A stretch of DNA of 63,236 bases, filler included, from Candidatus Rokuibacteriota bacterium (GTDB lineage: Bacteria > JAUVQV01 > DATDCY01): NCBI GenBank assembly GCA_031406795.1. It is 8 parts of 8 records of this genome, joined end to end, with 100 filler letters (N's around TTAATTAATTAA, not from the genome) between each part and the next. Parts side by side here need not be neighbours in the genome. Positions count along the whole stretch, not along the records: positions 1 to 7,200 come from JANOHV010000278.1; positions 7,301 to 17,657 come from JANOHV010000010.1; 6 more parts are not named here. The stretch is one strand, 5' to 3'. The notes under the pieces are model-generated. The model saw only the letters and a program-made list of their open reading frames with translations. It did not search any database and had not been told where the DNA came from. The position numbers and the translations under genes were made by a program. Shown here one piece after another: positions 1 to 9,938 of this stretch. How positions within the stretch are numbered: position 1 is the first letter of the stretch; each line of letters begins with the position of its first letter.

Positions 1-538
1 GGATGCCGTTGCAGCCGAAAAGCCCGTAGCTCTCGCGGTAGTTCACCGTGATCCAGTACGCGTAGACCTTGGCGACGGCATACGGACTGCGCGGGTGAAA
101 GCGCGTCAGCTCGTTCTGCGGCGGCGGCGCGGCGCCGAACATCTCGGAGGAGGAGGCCTGGTAGTAGCGGGACTTGACGCCGGATAGCCGGATAGCCTCG
201 AGCAGGCGCGTCGTGCCCAGCGCGGTGACGTCGCCGGTGTACTCCGGCTCGTCGAAGCTGACCGCGACGTGGCTCTGCGCGGCGAGGTTGTAAACCTCGT
301 CGGGGCGCAGCTGCCAGATCAGGTTGGTCAGGCGGCTGGCGTCGGCCAGATCGCCGAAGTGCATGTGCAGGCGCGCCTGGTGCTCGTGCTCGTCGAGGTA
401 GAGGTGGTCGATGCGATGGGTGTTGAACGAGCTGGAGCGCCGCTTGATGCCGTGCACCTCGTAGCCCTTGGCGAGCAGGAACTCGGCGAGGTACGAGCCG
501 TCCTGCCCGGTGATGCCGGTGATCAGCGCGCGTTTCAT
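1..538 (-). CDS. gmd: GDP-mannose 4,6-dehydratase (3' truncated by window edge)
   Basis: Manual translation from ATG 538: [22 protein letters not shown]...YNLAAQSHV...[10 protein letters not shown]...PRSPYAVAK. Confidence 0.97.
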   Translation of the reverse strand, partial: MKRALITGITGQDGSYLAEFLLAKGYEVHGIKRRSSSFNTHRIDHLYLDEHEHQARLHMHFGDLADASRLTNLIWQLRPDEVYNLAAQSHVAVSFDEPEYTGDVTALGTTRLLEAIRLSGVKSRYYQASSSEMFGAAPPPQNELTRFHPRSPYAVAKVYAYWITVNYRESYGLFGCNGI

Positions 539-586
539 TTTCGGGTGCTTCCTCCGTAAATCATGAACACTATCATCCGACATTTC

Positions 587-735
587 GGGCGGGAATTAAT
601 CCCGCCCCTACAACCGTAGGGGAGGGTTTCATACCCTCCCGTGTGTATACATCGTCCCCGATCCTATGCAACAAGTCCGGTCGTAGGGGAGGGTTTCATA
701 CCCTCCCGTGTGTATACATCGTCCCCGATCCTATG
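587..735. repeat. Cluster of GTAG-type REP hairpins plus an exact 54-bp direct repeat (615-668, 682-735)
   Basis: GTAG-GGGAGGG-tttcata-CCCTCCC at 616-640 and 683-707; inverted copy GGGCGGG-aattaat-CCCGCCC-CTAC at 587-611. Confidence 0.85.
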
Positions 736-1610
736 TCTTCCATGACCAGATCCAGCGACGCCCGCCAGTCCGGCAGCGCGAAGCCGAAAGTCTCCGTGAA
801 CTTCGTGCAGTCGAGCAGCGCGTTCGCCGGGCGCCGGGCCGTGGTCCGGCTCTCGCGGGTCGTCACCGGCGCGATCTGGGCCGCGCGGGCGCGCAGCGGC
901 TCGGGCGCCCGCTGCAGGATCGCCCGGGCGAACTCGAACCAGGTGGTCTCGCCCGCAGCGCTCAGGTGATAGGTGCCGCCGTAATCCTCGAGCGCGTCGG
1001 GGCGCTGGGCGGCGCCGGTCTGCGCCAGCACGAGCGCCGTGGCCTCGGCGACCATGCGGCACCAGGTCGGGGCGCCGCGCTGGTCGCTGATCGCGCGCAG
1101 CGGTTTGCCGGCGGCCGCGTCGTCGAGCGTCGCGCGCAGGAAATTCCTCCCGCGCGCGCCGTAGACCCAGCTCGTGCGGAAGATCAGGTGCGGCACACCG
1201 ACGCCGCGCACGCCCGCCTCCCCTGCCAGCCGGCTCTCGCCGTAGACGCCCGCCGGCCGCGGGGGGTCTCCCTCGTCGTAGGGACCCTTCTTGACGCCGT
1301 CGAAGACGCAGCCGGTGGAGTAGTGGACCAGGCCACCGCCGAGGCGCTTGACCTCGTCGGCGATGATCGCGGGGGCCGCGCCGTTGATCGCCATGGCCAG
1401 ATCCCCCTGCTCCTCGGCGCGGTCCGGGTCGGCGTGGGCGGCGGCGTTGAGGACGAGCGTCGGCCGCAGCTTGCGGATCACGCGGCGGATCGCGGCGGTG
1501 TCCTCCAGCGGCAGTTCGGCGGCGTCGAGCGCCGCGACCGGGCCCAGCGGCGCCAGCGCGCGGCGCAGCTCCCAGCCGAGTTGGCCGTCCCTGCCGGTGA
1601 TCAGGATCAT
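696..1610 (-). CDS. rfbD: dTDP-4-dehydrorhamnose reductase
   Basis: [22 protein letters not shown](K) variant, RTSWVYG, DQRGAPT; start overlaps rfbC stop. Confidence 0.95.
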   Translation of the reverse strand: MILITGRDGQLGWELRRALAPLGPVAALDAAELPLEDTAAIRRVIRKLRPTLVLNAAAHADPDRAEEQGDLAMAINGAAPAIIADEVKRLGGGLVHYSTGCVFDGVKKGPYDEGDPPRPAGVYGESRLAGEAGVRGVGVPHLIFRTSWVYGARGRNFLRATLDDAAAGKPLRAISDQRGAPTWCRMVAEATALVLAQTGAAQRPDALEDYGGTYHLSAAGETTWFEFARAILQRAPEPLRARAAQIAPVTTRESRTTARRPANALLDCTKFTETFGFALPDWRASLDLVMEDIGSGTMYTHGRV

Positions 1611-2149
1611 TCCGGCAGATCCTTCGCGTCCGCCAGCAGCGGCAGCGCCCGGTCCTTGGCCGAAAGGAGCTTCACTCCCGGGGGCCAGGCGATGCCGATC
1701 GCCGGGTCGTCCCAGCGTACGCCGCGGTCGCCGGCGGGCCAGTAGAGCGCCGAACAGAGGTAGGAGACGTCCGCGCACTCGCTGATCACGCAGTAGCCGT
1801 GGGCGAACCCCGCAGGGATGAACAGCTGGCGGTGGTTTTTCGCCGACAGCGTGGCGCCGACCCAGCTGCCGAAGGTCGGCGAACCGCGGCGCACGTCCAC
1901 GGCGACGTCGAAGATCTCGCCGGTGACCGCGTAGACGAGCTTGGCCTGCGGGTGCACCAGCTGATAGTGCAGGCCGCGCAGCACGCCGCGGCAGGAGTGC
2001 GCGTGGTTGGCCTGGACGAAGTCGACCGGGACGCCGGCTTCGCGGTAGCGGGAGGCGTTCCAGGTCTCCAGGAAGTAGCCGCGCTCGTCGCCGAAGACGG
2101 CCGGCTCGAGCAGCAGCACCCCGGGCAGCGCGGTCGCGGTGACCTTCAT
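1607..2149 (-). CDS. rfbC: dTDP-4-dehydrorhamnose 3,5-epimerase
   Basis: [35 protein letters not shown]. Confidence 0.97.
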   Translation of the reverse strand: MKVTATALPGVLLLEPAVFGDERGYFLETWNASRYREAGVPVDFVQANHAHSCRGVLRGLHYQLVHPQAKLVYAVTGEIFDVAVDVRRGSPTFGSWVGATLSAKNHRQLFIPAGFAHGYCVISECADVSYLCSALYWPAGDRGVRWDDPAIGIAWPPGVKLLSAKDRALPLLADAKDLPE

Positions 2150-3018
2150 CGCTCCTCCTCCAGCAGCCCGAGCAGGTAGCGCCCGTAATCGTTCTTCTCC
2201 AACTCGGTGCCGAGCAGGCTCAGCTGCCGGTCGTCGATGAAGCCCATGCGCCAGGCGACCTCCTCGATGGCCGCGACCTTGAGCCCCTGGCGCTCCTCGA
2301 CGGTGCGCACGAAGTTGGAGGCGTCCAGCAAGGATGCGTGCGTGCCGGTGTCCAGCCAGGCGATGCCGCGGCCGAGCACCTCGACCTGCAGCGTGCCGGC
2401 CTGCTGGTAGGCGCGGTGGATGTCCACGATCTCCAGTTCGCCGCGCGGCGAGGGGCGCAGCTGCGCGGCGATCTCCGCGACGTCGCCGTCGTAGTAGTAC
2501 AGCCCGGTGATCGCCAGGTTCGAGCGCGGGCGCGCGGGCTTCTCCTCGATCGAGAGCACGCCGCCGGCGCGGTCGATCTCGATGACGCCGTAGCGCTCCG
2601 GGTCGCGCACGCGGTAGGCGAAGACCGTGGCGCCGGCGGTGCGCGCGGCGCAATCCTGGAGCAGGCCGCCGAAGCCGTGGCCGAAGAAGAGGTTGTCGCC
2701 CAGGATCAGCGCCGAGGGCCCGCCGGCGACGAACTCGCGGCCGATCAGGAACGCCTGAGGCAGCCCCCCGGGGTGCGGCTGCAGCGCGTACTCCAGGCGC
2801 AGGCCGTAGCGAGCGCCGTCGCCGAGAAGCCGGCGGTACAGCGGCAAGTCGTCGGCCGTGGAGATGATCATGATCTCGCGGATGCCGGCGAGCATCAGCG
2901 TCGAGAGCGGGTGGTAGATCATCGGCTTGTCGTACACCGGCAACAGCTGTTTGGAGACGACGCGGGTCACCGGGTGCAGCCGGGTGCCCATGCCGCCGGC
3001 GAGGATCAGGCCCTTCAC
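2146..3018 (-). CDS. rfbA: Glucose-1-phosphate thymidylyltransferase
   Basis: GTG start; [39 protein letters not shown]. Confidence 0.97.
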   Translation of the reverse strand: MKGLILAGGMGTRLHPVTRVVSKQLLPVYDKPMIYHPLSTLMLAGIREIMIISTADDLPLYRRLLGDGARYGLRLEYALQPHPGGLPQAFLIGREFVAGGPSALILGDNLFFGHGFGGLLQDCAARTAGATVFAYRVRDPERYGVIEIDRAGGVLSIEEKPARPRSNLAITGLYYYDGDVAEIAAQLRPSPRGELEIVDIHRAYQQAGTLQVEVLGRGIAWLDTGTHASLLDASNFVRTVEERQGLKVAAIEEVAWRMGFIDDRQLSLLGTELEKNDYGRYLLGLLEEER

Positions 3019-4094
3019 GGCGCGGCCTCCTTGCGGTGAGCGTAGTTGGTGTCGATCCAGTCCCGGTAGGCGCCCGAGCGCACGCGCTCGGCCCAGCCGG
3101 GGTGCGCGAGGTACCAGGCGACGGTGGCGCGGATCCCCGCTTCGAACCCGATGCGCGGCGACCAGCCGAGCTCCTCGCGGATCCGGGCGGCGTCGATGGC
3201 GTAGCGCCGGTCGTGGCCGGGCCGGTCGGCGACGTGGGCGATCAGCCGCTCGCGCGGCGCCGGGGCCGGTTCCAGCTCGTCGAGGATGAGGCAAATGGTG
3301 CGCACGACGTGGATGTTCGTGCGCTCGTTGCCGCCGCCGACGTTGTAGGTGCGTCCCGGGCGCCCGGCGGCGATCACGCGGGCGATCGCCTCGCAGTGAT
3401 CGTCCACATGCAACCAGTCGCGCACCTGCAGCCCGTCGCCGTAGACCGGCAGCGGCCGGCCCTCGCGGGCGTTGCAGATGATCAGCGGGATCAGCTTCTC
3501 CGGGAACTGGCAGGGGCCGTAGTTGTTCGAGCAGTTGGTCACCAGCGTCGGCAGGCCGTAGGTGTGGTGGGCGGCGCGCACCAGGTGGTCCGCGGCGGCC
3601 TTCGACGCGGCGTAGGGGCTGTTCGGCGCGTAGGCCGTCGTCTCGCGGAACGGCTCGTCGTCCGGCCCGAGCGTGCCGTAGACCTCGTCGGTCGAGACGT
3701 GCAGGAAGCGGAAAGCCGTACCAGCGGCATCCGGCTGCTGCAGGTGCGCGCGGGCGGCGTCCAGCAGCGTCTGTGTGCCGAGGATGTTCGTGCGCAAAAA
3801 CGGCGCCGCGTCGTGGATCGAGCGGTCGACGTGCGTCTCGGCCGCGAAGTTCACGAGGGCCGCCGGGCGGTACTGAGCCAGCAGCTTCGCCACCAGCGCG
3901 CCGTCGCCGATGTCGCCGTGGACGAAGGTGTACCCGGGATCGGCGGCGAGTTCGGCGAGGTTTTCCTGATTGCCGGCATAGGTCAGGGCGTCGAGATTGA
4001 CGATGCGCGCCCACCCGCGCGCGCGCGCCAGCCGGACGAACGCGGAGCCGATGAAGCCCGAGCCGCCGGTGACGATCCAGTAAGCCTCACTCAC
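3015..4094 (-). CDS. rfbB: dTDP-glucose 4,6-dehydratase
   Basis: [52 protein letters not shown]. Confidence 0.97.
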   Translation of the reverse strand: MSEAYWIVTGGSGFIGSAFVRLARARGWARIVNLDALTYAGNQENLAELAADPGYTFVHGDIGDGALVAKLLAQYRPAALVNFAAETHVDRSIHDAAPFLRTNILGTQTLLDAARAHLQQPDAAGTAFRFLHVSTDEVYGTLGPDDEPFRETTAYAPNSPYAASKAAADHLVRAAHHTYGLPTLVTNCSNNYGPCQFPEKLIPLIICNAREGRPLPVYGDGLQVRDWLHVDDHCEAIARVIAAGRPGRTYNVGGGNERTNIHVVRTICLILDELEPAPAPRERLIAHVADRPGHDRRYAIDAARIREELGWSPRIGFEAGIRATVAWYLAHPGWAERVRSGAYRDWIDTNYAHRKEAAP

Positions 4095-4223
4095 CTGGTT
4101 TTTCCCTCCCGTCCCCCGCTCCCGAACCCGGGGAATCCGGCAGAATATTCGTGGATTGCAGCGTTCAGTTCGCGGACGAATATACGGGTTTGGCGAAGAG
4201 TCCGTCAAGGAAAAACCGGCGAA

Positions 4224-4991
4224 CTACTTGAAATCGCGACGTTCGAAGATCGCGACGGCCAGCCCGATCAGAAAGAGGATGTAGAGCAGCCCGTACACCA
4301 GCGCCCAGCCGACGTAGGCCGGTTCGATGGCCATGTTGTAGACCACCAGGTGCTTGACGTCGAACTTCTCGAGATTCGGCAGCAGGTAGTGAACACCGGT
4401 GGCGAGCGCCCGCGACACGGGGTCCTCCATCTTGTTCGCGAACTCGGCCAGGTCCGAGGAGAAGCGGCCGATGACCCAGACGCCAAGCGTGAGCATCGCC
4501 GAGAGCGTCGGCGTGGAAAAGGTCGAGAAGAGCACCGCGACCGCGGTCACGATCATCAGCTCGACGAGGATCAGCAGGATCGCGACGAGCACGCCCCAAT
4601 TCATCCCCGCCGGGGAGTACACCGCCATCAGCGCCAGCAGCGCGGCGGACATGATCGCCATGTTCAGTGCGATCACGAGCAGCAGGCCGAGATACTTGCC
4701 GATCACGAAGCTGCGGCGCGAGATCGGCTTGGCGAGCAGCATCGCGTTCGTGCGCCGCTGGATCTCCTTGTGCACGAGGCCGATGCCGACGAAGATCGCG
4801 ATCAGCAGCCCGAAGACCGACATCGCGGCGAGGCTCAGGTCCATGATGATCTTGAGGCCCTCTCCGAGGGTCATGTTCCCGATGACCACCGAGCCGCCCA
4901 TCACCAGCAGCGCGAAGAAGACCAGGTTGTAGAGGACCTTGTCGCGGATCGCCTCGCGGAAGGTGTTGGCGACGACGGCCCAGGTTTTCAT
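4224..4991 (-). CDS. ABC-2 type transporter permease (PilI/Xap-like)
   Basis: NTFREAIRDKVLY, multiple hydrophobic helices, LAKPISR...GKYLG, C-terminal FERRDF. Confidence 0.85.
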   Translation of the reverse strand: MKTWAVVANTFREAIRDKVLYNLVFFALLVMGGSVVIGNMTLGEGLKIIMDLSLAAMSVFGLLIAIFVGIGLVHKEIQRRTNAMLLAKPISRRSFVIGKYLGLLLVIALNMAIMSAALLALMAVYSPAGMNWGVLVAILLILVELMIVTAVAVLFSTFSTPTLSAMLTLGVWVIGRFSSDLAEFANKMEDPVSRALATGVHYLLPNLEKFDVKHLVVYNMAIEPAYVGWALVYGLLYILFLIGLAVAIFERRDFK

Positions 4992-5130
4992 AGCGCGGGC
5001 GCCTCGCCCGCAAGACTACAGAGGCTTTTGCCCAAGAACGCCGGAGTAGCTCCCTGCAGACAGACACGGAACCCGTCCCGCCGAAGGGTACGAATATTCT
5101 CGCGGCTGTCGCACTGGTTGAGAAGTAGAT

Positions 5131-6060
5131 TCATAGAGCCTTCACCTCGCGCAGGAAGACGTCCTCGAGCGTCTCGTGCAGCGGCGCGACGGCGAGTAGC
5201 CGCCCGCCCCCGACCTGGATCGCCGCCACGACGCCGGGCACCTGCCCCTCGTCCCCGGGAATCGTGAACTGCACGCGTTCGCCCTCTTCCAGGAAGCTGG
5301 TGGCGCGCCGGCGCAGTTCGGCGCGCGCCGGCGCCCCGAGGCCGACGGCCTGGAACTCGACGGCCAGGACGCGGTCGCGCAGCAACTCGTCCAGGCGCCC
5401 CGAGGCGACGAGCCGCCCGCGGTTCATGATGCCCACGCGGTCGCAGATCATCTCGGCGTCGGCGAGGATGTGCGAGGAGAACAGGACGGTCCGCCCCTCG
5501 GCGCGCAGCTGCAGGATCACGTCGCGGACCTGCTTGCGGCCGAGCGGGTCGAGGCCGGACTGCGGCTCGTCCAGGATCAGCAGCCGCGGGTCGTTCACCA
5601 GCGCCTGGGCCAGGCCCGCGCGCTGGAGCATCCCCTTGGAGTACTTGCGCATGCGCACGTCGGCGGCCCGCTCCAGGTCGACGAGGGCCAGCAGCCGCGC
5701 GATGCGCTCGCGCCGCACGGGGCCGCCGATGCCGCACAGACGCCCGCAGAAGTCGAGAAACTCGCGGCCCGTCAGATAATCGTAGAAGCTGGGGTTCTCC
5801 GGCAGGTAGCCGAGGCGGCCGCGGTGGGCCAGCCCGTCGGCCGGCTCGCCCAAGATCTCGACGCTGCCCGCGCTCGGCCGCAGCAGGCCGAGCAGCAGCT
5901 TGAGCGTCGTGGTCTTGCCGGCGCCGTTCGGGCCGAGAAAACCGTAGATTTCGCCTTCGCCGACTTCGAGGTCGAGATTGTCGACCGCGATGGTGCGCGC
6001 GCGGCGCCAGTTCGAGACGAAGACCTTGCTCAGGCCCGCCGTGCGGATGACGGCGCTCAC
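5131..6060 (-). CDS. ABC transporter ATP-binding protein (PilH/XapD-like)
   Basis: Walker [10 protein letters not shown], signature variant YSKGMLQR, Walker B LLILDEP, SSH. Confidence 0.95.
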   Translation of the reverse strand: MSAVIRTAGLSKVFVSNWRRARTIAVDNLDLEVGEGEIYGFLGPNGAGKTTTLKLLLGLLRPSAGSVEILGEPADGLAHRGRLGYLPENPSFYDYLTGREFLDFCGRLCGIGGPVRRERIARLLALVDLERAADVRMRKYSKGMLQRAGLAQALVNDPRLLILDEPQSGLDPLGRKQVRDVILQLRAEGRTVLFSSHILADAEMICDRVGIMNRGRLVASGRLDELLRDRVLAVEFQAVGLGAPARAELRRRATSFLEEGERVQFTIPGDEGQVPGVVAAIQVGGGRLLAVAPLHETLEDVFLREVKAL

Positions 6061-6803
6061 TGCATCCCCGGGGTCGGCGGCGCCCGCGTGCCGGCGAGAA
6101 ACGCCCGCAGGCTCTCGGGAATCCGGTTGGCGCGCAAGTCCGCGATCTTGAGCTGGATGCTCTGGCGCTCCCAGTCGTCGCGCGTGCCCTCGGCGATGAT
6201 CTCGAGAAAACGCACGGCAGCTTCGAGGCCGCCGGCCTCCGCCACCAGGCTCGCGGCGAAGCGCGGCAGGTACGCGGGGCTCCCCGGCAGGCTCGCGGCG
6301 TAGCGCATCAGCCCGGCGGCGCGTTCGGCGTCGCGCAGGTTGTAGAAGGCGTTGAACCCGATGTAGAACGGGTAGCGCCAGTCTCCCGGGTGGTTGATCA
6401 TCCCCCGGGCCAGCATGTCGATGCTCTCGTTGCCCGTCTCGGGCTTGAGGGACAGCGCCATCCCGCCAAACAGGTACGGGTACGTGAAGGGCGGATCGAG
6501 GGTCGTGACCTGCACGAGAATGCTGTAGAGCCAGGGGTATTCGCGGTCGGTGAGGACGTGCCCGCCGAAGTAGCCGACCGCCCGGATCCAGAGCACGTCC
6601 GCGGCGAGGTTCGAAAACCCGAGCGTCAGCGCCTTGGTGTGGCGCCCCGACGGGAGGTAGAGGAACTGCTCGAAGCTCCGTTGCGGCCAGGCTTTCTCGA
6701 ACGAACGCTGCACGCCGGCCTGGGCGGCCAGCGCGATGACGATCAGCAGCGCCACCGCGGCGGATCTGAGCCGGCGTCCCGCACTTCCCGTGTCATCTCT
6801 CAC
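6057..6803 (-). CDS. Membrane-anchored TPR-like protein (PilG/XapA-like)
   Basis: N-terminal TM; LAADVLWIRAVGYFG and HPGDWRYPFYIGF motifs recalled from pilin-associated proteins; coupled to the ABC ATPase. Confidence 0.65.
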   Translation of the reverse strand: MRDDTGSAGRRLRSAAVALLIVIALAAQAGVQRSFEKAWPQRSFEQFLYLPSGRHTKALTLGFSNLAADVLWIRAVGYFGGHVLTDREYPWLYSILVQVTTLDPPFTYPYLFGGMALSLKPETGNESIDMLARGMINHPGDWRYPFYIGFNAFYNLRDAERAAGLMRYAASLPGSPAYLPRFAASLVAEAGGLEAAVRFLEIIAEGTRDDWERQSIQLKIADLRANRIPESLRAFLAGTRAPPTPGMQ

Positions 6804-6808
6804 GACGA

Positions 6809-7200
6809 TCAGCCCGCGCTCTCCCGCGCCTCGATCTTTTTGAGTTCATTGTAGAAAACCGCCGGCTTGATGGCAAGCAACTCGATTTCCATCTTCGTGG
6901 TCGGCACGAGCGACTGCGCCTTTTCCGCGAGCGCGAGGCCGCGCTCGAAGGCCTCCCGCGCCGGGGCGAGCATCCCGTGCCGGGCGTAGAGCGTGCCGAG
7001 ATTGAACCAGCCGCGCAGGAAGTACTCCTCGATCGCGACCGCCCGGCGGAAGGCCGCCTCGGCCGCGGCGAGATCCCCCAATTCGTCGGAGAGCAGGCCG
7101 ATCTCGGTCCAGACGCTGAGCTGGAACGGCGCCAACTCCGCCGCGTGACGCAGATGGCCGAGCGCCGCCTCGAGCCGCTGGCGTCCCGGCGGCTCGAGCC
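6809..7200 (-). CDS. TPR-repeat protein (5' truncated at contig end)
   Basis: Frame open to contig end; AEAAFRRAVAI, GWFNLGTLY...AREAFERGLAL. Confidence 0.75.
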
Positions 7201-7300
7201 NNNNNNNNNNNNNNNNNNNNNNNNNNNNNNNNNNNNNNNNNNNNTTAATTAATTAANNNNNNNNNNNNNNNNNNNNNNNNNNNNNNNNNNNNNNNNNNNN
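7201..7300. other. Artificial contig spacer (same at 17658-17757, 21788-21887, 50713-50812, 55051-55150, 57469-57568, 60055-60154)
   Basis: N runs with a central TTAATTAATTAA all-frame stop linker. Confidence 0.99.
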
Positions 7301-7403
7301 AACTGAGCACCTCGCCCAACTCATCCCTCGTGGAGATGTAGAAGATCAGTTTGCGCAGCTCGGATCCGTGCGGCACCTCCCCGTGCCTCCCCAGCGGGAG
7401 CAT
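7301..7403 (-). CDS. N-terminal fragment of an unknown protein coupled to the STAS gene
   Basis: TGATG overlap with STAS stop; MLPLGRHGEVPHGSELRKLIFYISTRDELGEVLS runs to contig end. Confidence 0.55.
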
Positions 7404-7738
7404 CACGCCTCCGCCTCGGCGTCGCTGCGCAACATGCGGGCGTGGCGCTGCAGCCCCATGATCCGGAAGATCTCCTCGTTGACCGGGGTCAGCTCCGAGA
7501 ACGCCAGATCGCCCCCCTGCCCCCGGACCCGCTCGATCACGCCGATCAGTATCGAGATACCGACGCTGTTGATCAGGTCGGTGTCGTGCAGGTTCACGAT
7601 GAAGCGGGACACACCCCCGCCGAGCAGCCGCACGATTTCCTGCTCGAGCTGTTCGCCCGCCGCGCGGCTCAAGTACCCGCGCGTCCGGATGATCGCGCGT
7701 CCGGCCGCGACCTCCGTGGTGAAGGTAAAACTAGCCAT
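7403..7738 (-). CDS. STAS-domain anti-sigma factor antagonist
   Basis: IVNLHDTDLINSVGISILI with conserved phosphoacceptor Ser; EEIFRIMGL. Confidence 0.92.
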   Translation of the reverse strand: MASFTFTTEVAAGRAIIRTRGYLSRAAGEQLEQEIVRLLGGGVSRFIVNLHDTDLINSVGISILIGVIERVRGQGGDLAFSELTPVNEEIFRIMGLQRHARMLRSDAEAEA

Positions 7739-9938
7739 GTTCACCCCCTCCGAGATGTTTGACCATCACGAGGCTCACCCCGTCCTCGCGCGGCTCCAGC
7801 GCGACCTCGTCGACGAGCTCGCGGATTAGCGTGAGGCCCCAACCGCGGCCGCGCGCTTCCCGGCCGGCGGCCGCGCGAGGCGGCAGCGAGGCGAGCGGTC
7901 GCCCCCGGTTCTCGACCCGCATCAGCAGCCGCGAGCCGCGGACCGAAAACACCAGGCGCACCCGGCCGTCGGCGGCACCGGCGTGCTCGAAGGCATTGAT
8001 GCAGGCCTCGACGACGGCCATCTTTAGCCTGCCGGTGGCGAGCGCGTCGATCGCGAGGTTTTCGGCGAGCTGTTCGAGAGCGCGGGCCGCCACCAGCTCG
8101 ACGTCCGCTGCGCGCGGAATGACCAGTTCGATCTCGAAGTCCGGCTCGGCCGCGGCAAGCGGGCCGGGCGGGGGAGGCACCGGCGCCACCCCCAGCAGCT
8201 GCGCAAGGGACGCCAGCTGCGGCCAGGCCGAGGTCGAGAGCCGCAACCGGGCGGCCGCCAGCTCGCCCGCGCCGTCGAGCGGGGACTCCAGAATCGCCCA
8301 GCGCACGACCCGCGTGGCCGGCAACTCGCCGGCCATCTGCAGTGCGCTGATGTCGCGCTCGAACTGCGCGAGCTGCTCGCACCCGCCGCTCCCGCCCGGG
8401 AGAAAACGCACGACCCAGGCGACATCCGCCTCCGGGGCACCCGCCTCGCCGCGCAGCGCCCAGACAAGCGCGTCAACCTCCAGGCCGGGAAGCGACACGG
8501 CCTCGCCGATGCGGCCCGCGGCCACGGAGATCACCCGCGGCAGCGTCATCTCGTCGACCGCGCCGTCCGCCGCGGCGTCGCGGCGCTCACGAAATGCCGC
8601 GGCGTCGAAGCAGTCGGCAGGCACACGCTGCCCGGCCCAGGCGCAAAACATCCCGCGCAGCGCAACGCGGGCGGATTCGCGCCAGCGCCGGCGCCGGAGC
8701 GCCGGGGCGCCACGCACCTTCTCGCTAGCGAGCGACGCCACCACCGCCGCCGGCGACATTCGACCGAATTCCCGCCGGTAGAGCGCCTGCACGACATCGC
8801 GGAGCACGGGGTCCCCGTCCACGACAACGCTGGCGAAGCCGACGCGAACGACGCCGGCGCGGGTCAGCCCCGCGAGAGCCGACTCGATGTCGGCCGCCGG
8901 CTTGAGCATCAGCGCCGCGAGCCGCCCCGCGTCGAGGCTGCCCGACTCCTCGCGCAGGCAAAAAATGAGGATCTCCAGCGCGACGGCTCGAGTACGTCGA
9001 TCGGGCATGGCGCGAGCAAACAGTTCGATCCAGTAACGGGCCAGCTCGCCGTCGCAGGCCGCGGCCGCCGCCGCCCGGGCGACGTCGAGCGTGCCGGTTC
9101 CCGGCTCGCCGGCCAGGGCCCGGACCAGCGCGCCCAGGTAATAGGGCGATCCGGCCGACTCCTCCACCAGCGCCGCGACCGCGAGCTCCCCCAACTCCAG
9201 GCCGCCGATCCGCGCCAGACTCCTGGCCAGTCTCGAGGCGGCTTCGATCGACAGCGGGGCGAGACGCTCGAGGGTCAGCCGCGAGGCGGAGGCTTGCCCG
9301 AAAGTCCGCGGGACCAGATTCTCGTCCTCGAGCGTCGCGAGCAGGGGGGCGATCGAGGAGGCGAGCGCCTCTTCCGGCCAGAGCCCCTCCCCGGTCGCGG
9401 CGTCGAGATTCCCGGCGTCGTCGAAAAGACAGAGCACGCGCGTGCCGGTCAGGGCCGCGAAGCGGTGCGGCACGAGCGCCGCGCGCACGAGTGCCTCCGG
9501 CCCGCCGGGGCGCTGCTCGAGTCCGGCCAGCGCCTCCGCCAGCAGCACTCCGCCATCTCCCCAGGCCGTGCGCAACGCCCCGGCGAGCTCCACGGGGTGC
9601 AGGGGACGGTCGAGGAGCCCCGGGGCGCGTTTCTTGAAGGCCAGCGCCTGCAGGGCGAGCGCGGCGACAAGATCGCCGCCGGCAGTCGCCTGCTCGAAAA
9701 GCGAGTGGCGCAGCGGGTACCAGAAGGGAAGAATCTCACCTTCACGGAAGAGGGTCTTGTGCCACTGCCGCAGCAGTTCGGTCTTGCCCGAACCCGGCCG
9801 CCCACAAAGAACACCGCTGCGGCCAAGGCCCCGAAGCAGCGAGCGCGCCTGACGCCGCAACAGGCCCAGCTCTTCGATCCGGCCGAAGAAGCGCTCCGGC
9901 TCGAGAACCCCGGGAAACTCCCCGCCCGGCTCAGCCAC
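7731..9938 (-). CDS. STAND/AAA-type ATPase fused to a C-terminal RsbW-like HATPase kinase domain
   Basis: FFGRIEEL, Walker A GRPGSGKT, Walker B LCLFDD, SAGSPYYL (GxP), wHTH-like region; C-terminal AVVEACINAFEHA and GRGWGLTLIRELVDEV. Confidence 0.85.
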   Translation of the reverse strand: MAEPGGEFPGVLEPERFFGRIEELGLLRRQARSLLRGLGRSGVLCGRPGSGKTELLRQWHKTLFREGEILPFWYPLRHSLFEQATAGGDLVAALALQALAFKKRAPGLLDRPLHPVELAGALRTAWGDGGVLLAEALAGLEQRPGGPEALVRAALVPHRFAALTGTRVLCLFDDAGNLDAATGEGLWPEEALASSIAPLLATLEDENLVPRTFGQASASRLTLERLAPLSIEAASRLARSLARIGGLELGELAVAALVEESAGSPYYLGALVRALAGEPGTGTLDVARAAAAAACDGELARYWIELFARAMPDRRTRAVALEILIFCLREESGSLDAGRLAALMLKPAADIESALAGLTRAGVVRVGFASVVVDGDPVLRDVVQALYRREFGRMSPAAVVASLASEKVRGAPALRRRRWRESARVALRGMFCAWAGQRVPADCFDAAAFRERRDAAADGAVDEMTLPRVISVAAGRIGEAVSLPGLEVDALVWALRGEAGAPEADVAWVVRFLPGGSGGCEQLAQFERDISALQMAGELPATRVVRWAILESPLDGAGELAAARLRLSTSAWPQLASLAQLLGVAPVPPPPGPLAAAEPDFEIELVIPRAADVELVAARALEQLAENLAIDALATGRLKMAVVEACINAFEHAGAADGRVRLVFSVRGSRLLMRVENRGRPLASLPPRAAAGREARGRGWGLTLIRELVDEVALEPREDGVSLVMVKHLGGGEHG

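Noticed and set aside
615-735. CRISPR array
   Set aside because: Only two 54-bp units with a 13-bp gap, built from a REP hairpin and rfbD sequence; no cas genes in the window
4141-5100. Shared ACGAATATTCT word at ~4142 (reverse) and ~5089
   Set aside because: A single 11-bp match with no further similarity; not enough to call an operator
7201-7300. TTAATTAATTAA palindrome and ORFs containing X runs
   Set aside because: Artificial scaffold linker repeated at every gap; adjacency across gaps is not biological
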